Shown here: positions 23,451 to 37,414 of the stretch, in pieces | Position numbering within the stretch: position 1 is the stretch's first letter | Layout: every line of letters begins with the position of its first letter | NCBI GenBank assembly: GCA_965153285.1 | Contig: OZ229111.1 | From: Podarcis tiliguerta | Taxonomy: Eukaryota | Length of the DNA: 64,000 bases | Reading direction: 5' to 3' (one strand) | The notes under the pieces: generated by a model | Told to the model about the DNA's origin: nothing | The model's input: only the letters and a program-made list of their open reading frames with translations | Databases searched by the model: none | Program-made: the position numbers and the translations under genes

Positions 23451-25457
23451 CTAAACATCAAGTCAAACTAAAGTAAAACACTTAGATCAAAGTGTGTTAA
23501 AGCAACTCAAGACTAATCACTCACTGAGAAAGGCCTCCAGTTGGTGCTCACTGGACTTATGGACACCTCGGTGCATGCCCAGATCTTCGTTAACTACAGC
23601 CAAAGGAATTATTTTGGAAAGTGATGCTGGTGACTCATGGCAGAGCCACAGAACTCTATGAAACATCCTCCTATGACAACACATTTTCAGGAATCACCTT
23701 AAATTTAATACTCTCGTTATGGAAGAAATACCCTTAAAAGCAAATTTGTTAGTGAAAAAATTGGTGGTTTCATATTGTTCGTCTCACCTCTGGGTTTACT
23801 CTTCAGTAAAAATTTAAAATCACAGGCTAACTTATGTGTAAAACCTGCAAACTAAGGGTTTTCATATATAATTAAAGTCACACCAATTAAGCACATGCTC
23901 TGCTATACAAAAAACTACTTTCTACGATACCTCTAATCCCTTGTAAAGAGTGCCTATATGACCAATCTGAAGAGCTGCTCCATAAAAAAATGCAGATTTG
24001 CCACCCAAAAATCATGGGGCAAATGTATTGAAACTTCAAAAAATAACCCTGAGAAGCTATGTTTACTGAAGAATTTCTGTGTAGGTGGTGGTAAGATCTT
24101 ACCTGTGAATTCCTGCTTCAACAGGTGGAAGAAGCTTCACTCTATGGAAGTGACCTTCTCTGACTTGACTCAGAAGGCAGGACTCATCAGTCAATGATTC
24201 TGAGAGACAACATCTCTCAGATCATGAATGGATATGTAAATAAAAATGTACAGCAGCTACTACAGCACACTAATATGAGAAAAACGAATAATATGATAGC
24301 ATTTGAATATTCTGTGATGTCCTTGACTAACAAGTGTTTTTATGCAAAAATGCTTGGAGAACCAAAAATGGGTGGTGTCAAAAGTACCCTCCCACCTTCT
24401 GGGAACACATATTATTTCCACCCAAAGAGTGGCAGGTGGGTATTCTATTTTCCATGTTGTATTACTAGAATGGGCTCCATTTTATAGCACTTTTAGCATT
24501 AAATTCACTGCAGTATGTCTCATGCTAATAAAACCTCTGCAAAGTTGGGGGGAAAGCTACCTTAGAGTTACTGAGGCTCTTTGTGAACTGTCATGTTCTA
24601 CCTAAAGTAATTTGTATTTCAAGCTTCTGCCATGGAAGGTTAAAGACAAGAATATTACATTAGCTACTGAACTCTGTAGATTTCTGCATTTTGCTCAAAT
24701 AGATCCTTTATTTTCTCAACACACAACACCAAAATGGATGTGAGATTCTTCACGCAATCATTAAGTGCATGAATGATTAGGCTGCTATTTGCACTGAGAG
24801 AGAAACTCCCATTGATGCAGAGAAGCGAAATCCAGACCAAGACTACAATGGGGATCTAAGCAATATAGACACCCCCGTGCAGGTCACGGCCCGACAGTTG
24901 TTTTCTTACAGATTCTCCACAAGGAGCTGTCACCAGCCGTGGTCTAAAGAGTAGGGGGGCTGTAGGCATGTACTCTCTCTCGCACATCCCAGCTTGAATA
25001 AAGGTTTAAAGGATGAGGGTCTGGAAAATGTTTTGAAGCCTTAAGAGTCTGGACATTTACCTTTCACCTGGTTACTACCTTAAAAAGAACTAAATTGTGA
25101 TAGGGAACATAATCCCTAGCACTATCATGACCTGGACCCATCTCTACAGACCACCTTATCCTACCTGGGTTCCAGCTATGGAACTCTGAGCTCTCAGAAC
25201 CTCCTATCTCGGAACCTTGGGAGGGGTAATCTCTGTAAACTCACTTCAGCCCCTATCTGGGTATCTCCACCTAAGTGTGAAAATACTCACTCTACCCTTG
25301 AACTGGCTTCTCCTGGAATGAACTTCTTTGGCAGGCTTAAAGTGGAAGCCGCTTTGTTCTACCAGTACATATGAGTCTATGTGCAGCGCTGGCTTGCCTG
25401 AAGCACTCCTCTGGCTGACAGGTATGAATGCTGCTTTTTCCTTCACAAACCCTAAAA

Positions 25458-25593
25458 CAGGCTTCCTCAACCTCGGCCCTCGAGATGTTTTGAGGCTACA
25501 ATTCCCATCATCCCTGACCACTGGTCCTGCTAGCTGGGGATCATGGGAGTTGTAGGCCAAAAACCTCTGGAGGGCCAAGGTTGAGGAAGCCTG
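25458..25593. mobile_element. hAT MITE (palindromic)
   Basis: TIR CAGGCTTCCTCAACCT; perfect 8-bp TSD CCCTAAAA. Confidence 0.9.
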
Positions 25594-25662
25594 CCCTAAA
25601 AGCATCACTTCACCTCCCTTCCTGGTTTTAAGCATCTGACTGACCAAAGACATGCCGAAGTA

Positions 25663-26018
25663 AAAAAGGTAAAGGTACCCCTGCCCGTATGGGCCAGTCT
25701 TGACAGACTCTAGGGTTGTGCGCTCATCTCACTCTAGAGGCCGGGAGCCAACGCTGTCCGCAGACACTTCCGGGTCACGTGGCCAGCGTGACAAGCTGCA
25801 TCTGGCGAGCCAGCGCAGCACACGGAACGCCGTTTACCTTCCCGCTAGTAAGCGGTCCCTATTTATCTACTTGCCCCCGGGGGTGCTTTCGAACTGCTAG
25901 GTTGGCAGGCGCTGGGACCGAGCGACGGGAGCGCACCCCGCCGCGGGGATTTGAACCGCCGACCTTTCGATCGGCAAGTCCTAGGCGCTGAGGCTTTAAC
26001 CCACAGCGCCACCCGCAT
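25663..26018 (-). mobile_element. Sauria SINE, full length
   Basis: tRNA-like head with A/B boxes, (ACCTTT)n tail, 12-bp TSD CATGCCGAAGTA. Confidence 0.92.
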
Positions 26019-27367
26019 CATGCCGAAGTACTTGTGTGCTTATCTGATGGTAGGTGGCACAGTTTCTTGCCATGGGCACATCAATGAGCAGAGACTGGCA
26101 AGCGCTTTGCTTTCTTGCTCCCTCTGTCTGGCCTAAATTTGGGAGTTGGGCTTGGGCCGAGGGGAGAAACAGGAGAAAATAGAAAACGGTAGTAGCTGCT
26201 GCATCCTAATAATCAAAGTCAGGATCAGCTTGGCAGATGCTACACGTGCCTTCTGAGCCAGGTGATGAGGGTATCCCAGAGAGTAGAATATTCTCCCAAT
26301 TCCAGGAAGCTGTGCTTTGTAAAGGTGGTAGCTCTCGCTTGGTAACGACGTTCCAATACAAAATATTCTCACTGTATGCTTGCTAGATTAGTACAATTCA
26401 TTTTGTCTACTCCTCAGACATAGGTGGCATGAGCAAAAAGTCTTCATCATTACAATCTAAAACAGCTAGTGTTTTTTTGGTCAGCATTAAAAAGTACTAA
26501 AGTTCATGAAAGTCCTAAACCCCTCACCTTGTATGTACTAATATTCCCAAGTGAACTAAGCAGCCAGAAAGAAAGAAAGTGCAAATTCCTTTTATTTATT
26601 TATTTTTGAAAATGCTTATTGCGTTATGTAGCTGTTGTACACTGCTTTGAGGCCTCTTTGGCTAAAAAGCAGCTTATAATTTTTAATATAAATATAATAA
26701 ATATGACTACTAAATGCTTTTAAGAAGAAGGCACTGTCGTGAATTAATCCAGCTGCATTGGTTTACAGCTTCCTACAGTTAAAGCATGGTAAATAAATAA
26801 AGCTTTCTTCAACTTAAAATGCCAAGAGTCAGAGCAGAAAATCAATGTACAGTAGGACTAATCAGACTAGTTGTTTTCATCTCATAATAAACGGAGGCAG
26901 ATTAATAACTTTCCTTTTAGTTCACTATCAGATAGTACACATTCAAGGAGTTGGGTCCTGCCACATAAAATAAAGCATTTTAGCTGAACTTCACCGAAGG
27001 CTCCAACTCATTAATTTTTTTAATGGGGTCAGATCAAAGGAGAAAATTGCCACAGAGCTAAGTCAAAAGCAAACAAAGAGGATGAGACAAGAGGCTTGTT
27101 GTCAGTTCCTTCATCTCAGAAGAGTTCTTAAATTAAGGGTTGAGCTAAGAAAGGTGCAGAGGGAGTAACAAGCTCCGACATCATTTTAGCGTCTCATTTT
27201 TAGCAAACAGGTTTTGTCCTAGCCTTATTGCTTTGAAAATGCCTATAGCCTTCTGTGAATTTACAATTTGTCTAACTCTAAAGCAACACTAAGGAGCTTC
27301 ATTATTGGAATTAATGACTTTGCATTAACTGTCGTGATAAAGGGGAAAGAGAGAGTTAAAATATTTG

Positions 27368-27661
27368 TAAGGTAAAGGTAAAGGGACCCCTGACCATTAG
27401 GTCCAGCCGCGGACGACTCTGGGGTTTCGGTGTTCATCTCGCTCTATTGGCGGAGGGAGCCGCCGTACAGCTTCCGGGTCATGTGGCCAGCATGACTAAG
27501 CCGCTTCTGGCGAACCAGAGCAGTGCACGGAAACACCGTTTACCTTCCCGCTGGAGCGGTACCTATTTATCTACTTGCACTTTGATGTGCTTTTGAACTG
27601 CTAGGTGGGCAGGAGCAGGGACTGAGAAACAGGAGCTCACCCCGTCGCGGGGATTCAAACT
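27368..27661 (-). mobile_element. Sauria SINE, 5'-truncated
   Basis: Collinear with the copies at 42391 and 49708; stops in the B box. Confidence 0.9.
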
Positions 27662-27939
27662 GAGGGTGTTTGAGCCTTTCTGGAAATCCAAAAAGAATAA
27701 ACATTCCATTTCCCAATAAAATAACAGAATTCAATCTAAAGAATGTGCCAGTTCTATAGGGCAAGATACAGTATGTTTGCAGATACACCAGGATTCACCT
27801 TCCTCTCCATCCCCATTCAACTCACACACGCTCCTACCTGCTCCAGATACAACGGACTGGTCATGCTCTCCGTTTGTTAATATAAGTTGGAAAATTGGCA
27901 TTTCAGAAGGAATTTGGCTACAATCCCAAACACACTCAG

Positions 27940-28343
27940 GTAAGGCTATCCACTGGTTTGTATGTTCTACTCCCATGCTTGCGACTCCAGTTTTAGCAAT
28001 GGGAACAAGCACCGAGATCACATGTTCCTTCCTCATTGCTTGCATCCTAGTTTAATCAAACCAACCTTCTCTGCGGTTTCCAAAATGGGGAACTGTGGTT
28101 TAATACTGATTTACCAACAAGGATCTTAAACCAACTTCAGAGTTTAAAATCCTTCTTGGTAAAACTAACATTAAACTACAGTTTCCTGTTTTGGACATAA
28201 CTATTAACTGTGGTTTTATTAAACCAGAGTGTAAGCAAGGTGGAAGGAAGATGTCAAAGGTGGGAGGGGTGGTTCCATCACTTGTTTCCAGCTCCTAAAA
28301 ATCATGGTTTAGCAAACTGTAAACCAAGTATCTGAACCAGGCC
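27940..28343. mobile_element. Old foldback MITE
   Basis: Imperfect palindrome centred ~28136 (core arms 28079-28131 / 28142-28195); outer limits approximate. Confidence 0.6.
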
Positions 28344-28902
28344 TGTGGGACTTGCTTCAGAATAAAAATACAAAGGAATACAATGTACAATGGATTTCAT
28401 TTCAGTTCTAATGTTCTACACTGCCTGGAACAAAATTAAAAGTTCCATGTAGGCTGAGCCATTAAGAGAAACTTAACAGCTCAGCTGTAATGTGTGCCTG
28501 TCCAAAATAAAGTTTTAAAATTAAAATCTAATTTGGTTAAAATATAGTACAATTTCATTACACTTCCCTACGCAAGGAAGTCTTTCCAGTGTCTCAGACC
28601 CTCCATAGGGGTATTAACTCTATAGATCAATTTTACCAGCTCCTGTAGCCACAAAAAGCTGTCATCTCTCAGATGAAAAGACCAGCATGAAAACCAATCA
28701 AGCAAAATATAAAGAATGTCAAACTTAACCTTATAATGGTCAAGACACGCAATAAACATTCTATGCTGAAGTTTTTTTCTAAGCTCTCACTTCAAAAAAT
28801 AATTCTTCATTTCTGTTTCTACACTCATCCTCACTTTACTCTGTATACTTATTATAACCGATTACAGTATTCTTTAACTTTAGACTGAAATTAATTTTAT
28901 GT

Positions 28903-29038
28903 CAGGCATAGGCAAATTCGGCCCTCCAGATGTTTTGGGACTACAACTCCCACCATCCCTAGCTAACAGGACGAGTGGTCAGGGATGATGGGAGTTGTAG
29001 TCCCAAAACATCTGGAGGGCCGAGTTTGCCTATGCCTG
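28903..29038. mobile_element. hAT MITE (palindromic)
   Basis: TIR CAGGCATAGGCAAA; TSD TTTTATGT/TTCTATGT. Decayed relatives at ~5745-5878, 8215-8315, 40700-40800 and 58390-58530. Confidence 0.9.
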
Positions 29039-29453
29039 TTCTATGTGAATCTTAAAAAAGCACTAATTTTTAGTTCTATGAACAACATGGCTTAATAAAA
29101 TATATCATCTATCTTATCTTGGTGAAGATGACAGTACTACCCTAAACAAAAATTAATCAATCTCTTATCATTCTGGAGAGAAAAAGTTTTCTATGAAAGG
29201 ACCTAAAACTGAAACCAAGATATTAAGTAGAAACTACCACAGAGTTTGCTTTAAAAAAATACTTATATTTGCACTTTATTTTACTTCACGTGACAAAAAA
29301 ATACTCAATTTAAAAAGTTTTCCTTGTGCCATAATGCACTTTAAGCTTGAAAAACATTTCAACAGAAAGCATCATTCGCAACCATCATTTTTCCTGAGAG
29401 AAAAAGGCAGTTTTGTAGCAAGAAGGTAAAAACAAATAATTTTTGTTACCCAC

Positions 29454-29531
29454 TTTTCTTGTGTCCTTTGTATTGTTGTGACTTTGATTTTTTCTTCTGC
29501 TTTGACGAGCTTGACTGACCATCTCTTGATG
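29454..29531 (-). CDS. MBTD1: MBTD1 exon (basic linker)
   Basis: SSRDGQSSSSKQKKKSKSQQYKGHKK. Confidence 0.9.
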
Positions 29532-30519
29532 CTGAAATATATGTTTTTAAAAAGAAAGTGAATTTAAACACCCTTTTTGTGTGCAGGCAAAACACTGCAG
29601 GTGAGATGCTTCATGTTTCAGAAGCCTCGTGGACAGCAGCACCTATATTCAGTATAATTTTAGCCCTGTGCCACTTGAAACTGCAAAATATTCTTGAAAT
29701 TTTAGACACATTAATATCTTTTAATATCACATTACTTGATCCTGCATTTGACAAAGTGATTATAAGGTGATAGGAAGCAAAATGATCCAGATGTGAATTA
29801 ACAATTGTGTTGCAGGGTAGTAAACGACATAGAATCATTCCCCCAAGTCAGGAATGATTCATACTTTCATGTGTAAAATCATTTTACCATACAAAATGCA
29901 CACCATCTGGGCCAATCAGAACCATTCTGCCTTTTAAAATATGCTCAGTACAACTGATAACTAATAGAGTCAAGCTGCTAAGCCTGTTATATGACTCTAC
30001 TATAACTGATCATTGTAAGGGCATCATTAAAAGACTGCAATGAACCAGAGAAATAAACCAAAAGTCAGAACAATAGGATAAAAATATAGTAACAATGCAA
30101 ACACATACAATGTTTATCTCTTTATTGTATATTTGTGAACTACCTTGAGGGGCATGTAAGAAATTAGTTAATTAAAGTAATAAATGCAAAATTACTTGCT
30201 AATCTACATGACCATACAGTATTCCCAATAATACTGCATTAAAAGCAACTTGCTTTCTTATTTGCCTTCCAAATATCAGTGGCGAACAGGGACAGAATAA
30301 GACAAACACTCTGAAGTACTACTGACTACAGAGCAAAACGGATTGAGCTCTGGAGTATTAAGCAAATGGCATTGTGTAAGTCCAAGCCGATTGCCCAGAC
30401 TACACCCTTGCGCTAGCTGGTAACCCGGCAGGAAATAGATCAAAATCTAAAAATAGAAACAAAGATATGAAAAATTTTACCATAGAGAGGTCTGCTACGT
30501 TTCAGCTATAGAAAGTTCA

Positions 30520-31008
<489 letters not shown>

Positions 31009-32054
31009 TTAAAACACGTTCACAATCACCTCTCCCATAACAGAACCTTTCTCTCTCCTGGTACATTTTCTTAGACTTGTGAGCACTCTCATTCTACCAA
31101 GGTATGCAGTAACAGATGATCCAGCACAGCATATGGGATCTCCTAGAGCTTTCTACCGTCACCTTTAGTTCACTTTGGCTATAAATACTGGGTTCATGAG
31201 ATCCCAAGTCAAGTTACCTGGTCATGCTTTACTTTAGCTGTCAGTTGGTACTTTTAAGGTGGAATGGAAGCTTTAGTTAAATAGGCTCCAGGTATGCATT
31301 TCAGTGAACAGAAAAATCTGGTACATACTTAGGTCCACCACTCCACCACTGACAGCCATCCAGCCCCAAGGTAGTGGTAAAGCTGGAACTAACCACAGGA
31401 TAGGATACCATATCAATATTGCCTAAATGATATATCTGTTGAGGGTATGGCCCTTTCAACAGTTGTAGTTTCCTAGCACTTTGGTGCAGAAGTGAAAATG
31501 GAAAGCCCTTAATGTAACATGTTAAACAGAAAGGTTTTTGATAATTGAATCTCTAATATATTCAGTTTTTGGAAACTGAAGTGTGGGCTTCAGAATGGAA
31601 CCAATTATTTAATAAGCTTTTCTTTAAAAAAATTAATTTAATTTGGTATGGTCATGCAAAACAAGACTTGTATACATGACATAAAATATCTGAGTTTTTC
31701 AGTGTTGCATGTCCTCAAGGAAGAGAGGCACAGAAATGGGTGCATTCACTACATCCCAGCTATGATATTCCTGTTCCAACTAAAGGTGTTCATATAGGAT
31801 TCAAATGCCAATATTGCAATACTGGGGTAACTCTTTTCCTTCTTCAACCACCATTGCATTTCATTAGTCTTAAATCCACAGGGTGAATCTACTGAAAGTA
31901 CTTATCTGCCAGTACTCTATTCTATTTATAGTTAAGATGCTTTTCTATAACAGCTACATGTGAAGACATTTTCTAGATTCTATGGGGCTGCCGACAAAGG
32001 AATGAGCACCACAAATTGTAGGTACACAACAATTGTGAAACATTTTGGTCTTAC

Positions 32055-32137
32055 CTTGTTAAAGAACTTCACAGGGGCTGCTACTGAACCCGTTTCCCTG
32101 AGGTAGTCAAACCATTTGAAAGGTAGTTTTGCATAAC
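32055..32137 (-). CDS. MBTD1: MBTD1 exon
   Basis: GYAKLPFKWFDYLRETGSVAAPVKFFNK. Confidence 0.95.
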
Positions 32138-32193
32138 CTACAAGGGATTAACAGTTATGTAGTAGCATCACAAAAACATTTGCCCTGATCCGT

Positions 32194-32236
32194 ACACAGA
32201 CACAGACACAGACACACACACACACACACACACACT
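32194..32236. repeat. (CAGACA)/(CA)n microsatellite
   Basis: Directly visible. Confidence 0.9.
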
Positions 32237-33270
32237 CTGCCCCAAGCAGTTTGATAACCATGGAAGGACAGGGTATACATTTCTTAGAATAAACTATGAA
32301 GTTACTCCTCCCAAGTGGGATCCTCAGTCCATCTAGCCCTGCATAGTCTACTTTGGCAAAAGCTCTCCAAGGTATCAGACAGAGGTCTCTTTTACCTTAT
32401 CAGAGATCCCTTTCACTGCTGCTGCTAGGGACTCAACTGAGGGCCCTCCAGATGTTGGCAGATCACAACACTAGTTGGAACACTATTTGGAACACTTACT
32501 GGGGGTGAAGAACATTGGAACCCAGCCATCTCTCACTGAATCATGGCCCTTCCCTCAGCAGAAGTGCCAGAGTGCAATAAAGGACCACAAATGTACAGAC
32601 AGAGCTCTGAATAAGAGGCCACCCCACTAACCTTAAATGCAAAACAAAAAAGCAAAAAAACCTTGATACCCACTGACAGTTTTACCCTGCATGAATTTAT
32701 CCAATTCCCTTAGCTATCTAAGATAGTAGCCTTCACATATCAGGCAGAGAATTTCACACATTGTCATGCGAAAATGTGCTTCCTTTTGCCTATCCTGAAT
32801 CTCCTGCCAACCAGATTCACTGGATGACCTTGAGCCCAGATTTTAGGGGGGAAATCACAGGAAGCAATCGATCAAACTAGGCAGAATATATGCTGTTACT
32901 AGGCCAGTCTGGCCTAGACAGGTGAGAAGAGTGCCACTTACTTTGAGGATATCATAACTAATGAAGAGGTGGCATTAAACCGTAATGCACCTAGCCTAGC
33001 TGCTTGTCCCATCTACACCACTTCAGCAAGCCACAGCAGTGGCAATTCTTTTACTCCTTTACTCTGCACTGACTAAAAAGCAAACGGGAGAACCAAGTCA
33101 GAAAAAGAGAGCTGCAACATTCCCAGCCAGCCAAAGGATAGTTAAGCGAGCAATAATGAAACACTTGTCTGCTAAACGACGATTGGTTCGGCAACTCCAA
33201 ACTAGAGTTTGAAGAGAGATGTAAAGGATATGATTTTTGCAAACAAGCTTAAGGAAAAAGAAATGAATTA

Positions 33271-33477
<207 letters not shown>

Positions 33478-33903
33478 CTAGACAAACAAAAAACAAACAA
33501 ACAGCAGTTAAGATTTAGAAGTTAAAGTAATTTAAAGGTGGGGAAATACCAGGAAGTGAAGAGCAAAGGTTTTCAAAGAAATTCAGCTACTGGTTGATTT
33601 GGCAACCCTGTTTTAAGGCAAACAACAATATGGTCCATATGGTTCCTGATTTTTTTGTACAACACTATGCTGGTTACAACCAGCACCTATGTAATGCTCC
33701 TGATTCCTTAAAAACATGAGTTAAGGGAGCAGAGGCAGATCACATGATTTGTTTGTTTAATATAATTCCCCGCCCCCTTGCAATAGTTTAAAATCACAAA
33801 ACAACTAATTATATATTGAAGTGCAATACACAATAAAATACATAAATACACAAAATGAAAATTCACTTAAGAGCAACAGCAACGGAAATTACAAGCAAAA
33901 TTA

Positions 33904-34023
<120 letters not shown>

Positions 34024-34153
34024 CTAAAGAAACATTTTGAGGCAACAAATGGAAGCAACACAGGTCAGCATCACAGTCTATTTGCTTCTCCAGCTTCGAT
34101 GCTGATGAACAATTCCTTCCATTATAAATCAAGTTCCTTGCAAAACATCATAC

Positions 34154-34209
34154 CTTAGCAAATAAATGTGGGGGTGCATCAAAATAAGAGTCCTGTTTCT
34201 TGGCAATAT
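34154..34209 (-). CDS. MBTD1: MBTD1 exon
   Basis: DIAKKQDSYFDAPPHLFAK. Confidence 0.92.
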
Positions 34210-34420
34210 CTGTGAAAAAGGGGGAAAAACGAAGTTGAAGATTTCTAATTTACTACTTCAAACATGTGACCTTTTAAAAATACAAACACCTACCAAAACC
34301 AAATAAAGCATTTTTTAAAAATACTTTTATTCCATAAAATGTATACCGCTTGATGGCTTAAAAAGCAAGCAAACCTCAAAGCATCTTCCTCTGTCCGACT
34401 CTCATATCTTGAAAGCATCA

Positions 34421-34729
<309 letters not shown>

Positions 34730-35159
34730 TTAACATATGTACCTCTGCAAATACCCATCTACAACAATGGCTATGTGAATCTGCTATTGCCCACAAGTAT
34801 CACAGGGAGTGCTTCCCCCTGTTTTGTTCCCCTTTCCACACCCAGTTTTATGATCAGTAAACAAAGACAGGTACCATCACTTTCAGACTTTAGACTGCCA
34901 ACTAGGAAAAGAGCTTTTCCTGTGATGGTCTCATAACTTAGGCTTTTTAAACTTTTGTTTCTGGTCCAACTGTTGCTGCTTTTTTGTTGTTGCTGCCAGC
35001 TTTTGCTTTCCGCTCCAATTCTGATTTTCATATTGCATTTTACTGTTTAACTTTTTTATGTAACAGTTTTTAGAGTATTTATCCTCAAAAGCATTTTGTA
35101 AGTACTATAATAAATAAGTCAAAAAGGCTGACAAGGGTCTTCTTTGAAACCAGCCTCAC

Positions 35160-35248
35160 CTTCTGAGAGAAGTCAGGAGGAAGAGTTTTGGCACCAGTGA
35201 GTCGTTTCACCAGAAAAGCTTTCCAGTTTGTGTATTTGTGTTGAATGG
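35160..35248 (-). CDS. MBTD1: MBTD1 exon
   Basis: SIQHKYTNWKAFLVKRLTGAKTLPPDFSQK. Confidence 0.95.
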
Positions 35249-35585
35249 CTGTCAAGATTCAGAAAAACAAACAGACATTAACCACTTTTGAAAATTTGTA
35301 TTGCAAGACACTGAATGAACAATGTCAAAAAGTTATTGTCTTCAGAATTTACTGGAAATCCAGATACGTTATCATAGTGAAGTACTTTTAGCTATTTTGA
35401 CACAACATGAGTTAGACGCAAGCACGTCCATTCATATGATAAATACAGAGAGAGATATACAGATGTTGTGATATCAGACTTACACTTAAGATAAGAGAGT
35501 ATGTAATGTAAGTTAAAGGATCAGTACAGAGAGAATAAGATAAATTCAACTAAAGGTCAGCCTGTTAAAAGTCAGATTTACGTAC

Positions 35586-35720
35586 ATCGAGGCGGCACTA
35601 GAGGCTTCCCACTTGTTGCACACCAACCAACCGGATGGATATCAAGACCACAGATGTTACACCAGAAGTCGAGACTTGAATCGCTTTCAAAGCCTTCATA
35701 TCTTAGTAAAGCACTGTAAC
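35586..35720 (-). CDS. MBTD1: MBTD1 exon (MBT repeat 1)
   Basis: GYSALLRYEGFESDSSLDFWCNICGLDIHPVGWCATSGKPLVPPR. Confidence 0.95.
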
Positions 35721-35968
35721 CTGAAAGAGAAGGAAATCTCATGCTGATCCATGCTACTCTTACTGAAGAAATGCACCACAATCAAACACGCACTCCCCTT
35801 CATTTGGAACAGCTTCCAGAGGAAGCGAGCCGATGTTGGAAGTGGTCTTCAGCTGCCACTGCCTATACTAGAGCTGTGAAAGAAGGGAGGCACCACAGCA
35901 GAGGTTGGGGTAGGTGTGCAGGAGATTAATGTACTTTGTCAATAGGGGAAGTTCCTACATTGATGTTA

Positions 35969-36205
35969 CAGTCGTACCTTGGTTTTCAAACAGCTTAGTT
36001 CTCAAACGTTTTGGTTCCCAAACGCCGCAAATCCAGAAGCGACTGTTTCGGTTTGTGAACTATTTTTGAAAGCTGAACATCCGACGGGGCTTCTGCGGCT
36101 TCCGCTTGGCTTGCAGGCTGCAGAAGCCGTGCTTTGGTTTCCGAACGTTTTGGAAGTCGAACGGACTTCCAGAAAGGCTTCCGTTCAACTTCCAAGGTAC
36201 GACTG
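35969..36205. mobile_element. Tigger/pogo-type MITE
   Basis: TIR CAGTCGTACCTTGG / CCAAGGTACGACTG, TA TSD. Confidence 0.9.
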
Positions 36206-37296
36206 TACTATACTAGGGGTCACCAGCATAGCCCTCGTAGGTCTCTTCCTCCACGGAAATTAAGCTTGAATGAAGCAATCTATTGTAGCCAATAGAATAG
36301 GTTGCCGTGAGTGCAGAGGCACCAGCTTCTCCAAAGGATTGGAGGGACATTGTGAGACGTCCTCTGAATATTGAGGGGTGCCCAGCCACCTCAAAAAAAT
36401 ATTTGGGGGGCCAAAATTGCTTGGGCCCCTAGGAGTTGGTGCCTATTATTGCGTGCATGCAGTGCCCACAACAATTTCTCCAATTTGTAAATGAGTTCAC
36501 AGGCTCAAAAAGGTTGGCGACTCCTGCACAGTATACTGTTAGAAGACATGGCCTTGAAATATATTTTTTCCCTGGATTTTAAGGCAATTTGTTTTACATG
36601 AGGCTTCTCAAACTATGTGTTGGGAGCCTGTTGGCAAATTCAGCTTGATTAATTTGCCTGACCTATGCTGGTGCTTTAACTGCTATCTCAATGCAAACAT
36701 TCAAAGGTCACAGAGAAAGAAAGAGCCACAAGCCATGAGTGTATAACCTTGTTTCAAACACCTAGAGTGCTTTGCTTGGAGGACAGCAGTGTGTTGATCA
36801 TAAAGGGAATTTCACATAATGAAGTCTGCAGGGAAATTATGAGTCTTAGCTCAAAATCACAAGCAAGAGACTTATCAGGAATCAGAAACTACGCAAAGGA
36901 AAAGTTTTTCAACCCCTAAAGTTGAAAACATATAAATTGCAGCTCTAATAATATAAAAATTACAATTACTCCTTATCACCCTCTGAAGAATGAGAACAAA
37001 GTCTACAATTAACAGTGTCTGTAGCATTCAAGATCTGAATATGACAGTCTTTTAAATTCCGCAGAATCATCCCTTATAGGCAGGGTTTCAAACAGATCTG
37101 CTTGGAAAACCACTGTTGACTTAATAGGAACTTGCCCCACTATGGCAACCTTAAGTATCAGGCCATTCAACACAGAAGACTTATCCATTCTGCTATGCAT
37201 TTTGTTTCAAATAATATATACACCTGCTCAAATCCCTGAATTATTTATTGATACAGTTACAATTTAAAATGCATTATTTTATGCAAAGTTAATAAC

Positions 37297-37414
37297 CTGC
37301 TAATTTTACAATCCCAGCAATCCAGAAGACTTTGGTAGGTAGGCTGCAGTCTGTGTTAGGGACTTCTACACGTACACCTTCTGAGATGTCACCCCAGCAA
37401 GTCCCCATAGGTGC
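37297..37414 (-). CDS. MBTD1: MBTD1 exon
   Basis: APMGTCWGDISEGVRVEVPNTDCSLPTKVFWIAGIVKLA. Confidence 0.95.

Noticed and set aside
24800-25440. Possible DIRS/tyrosine-recombinase relic
   Set aside because: Only a few residues resemble the motif; too decayed to support by eye.
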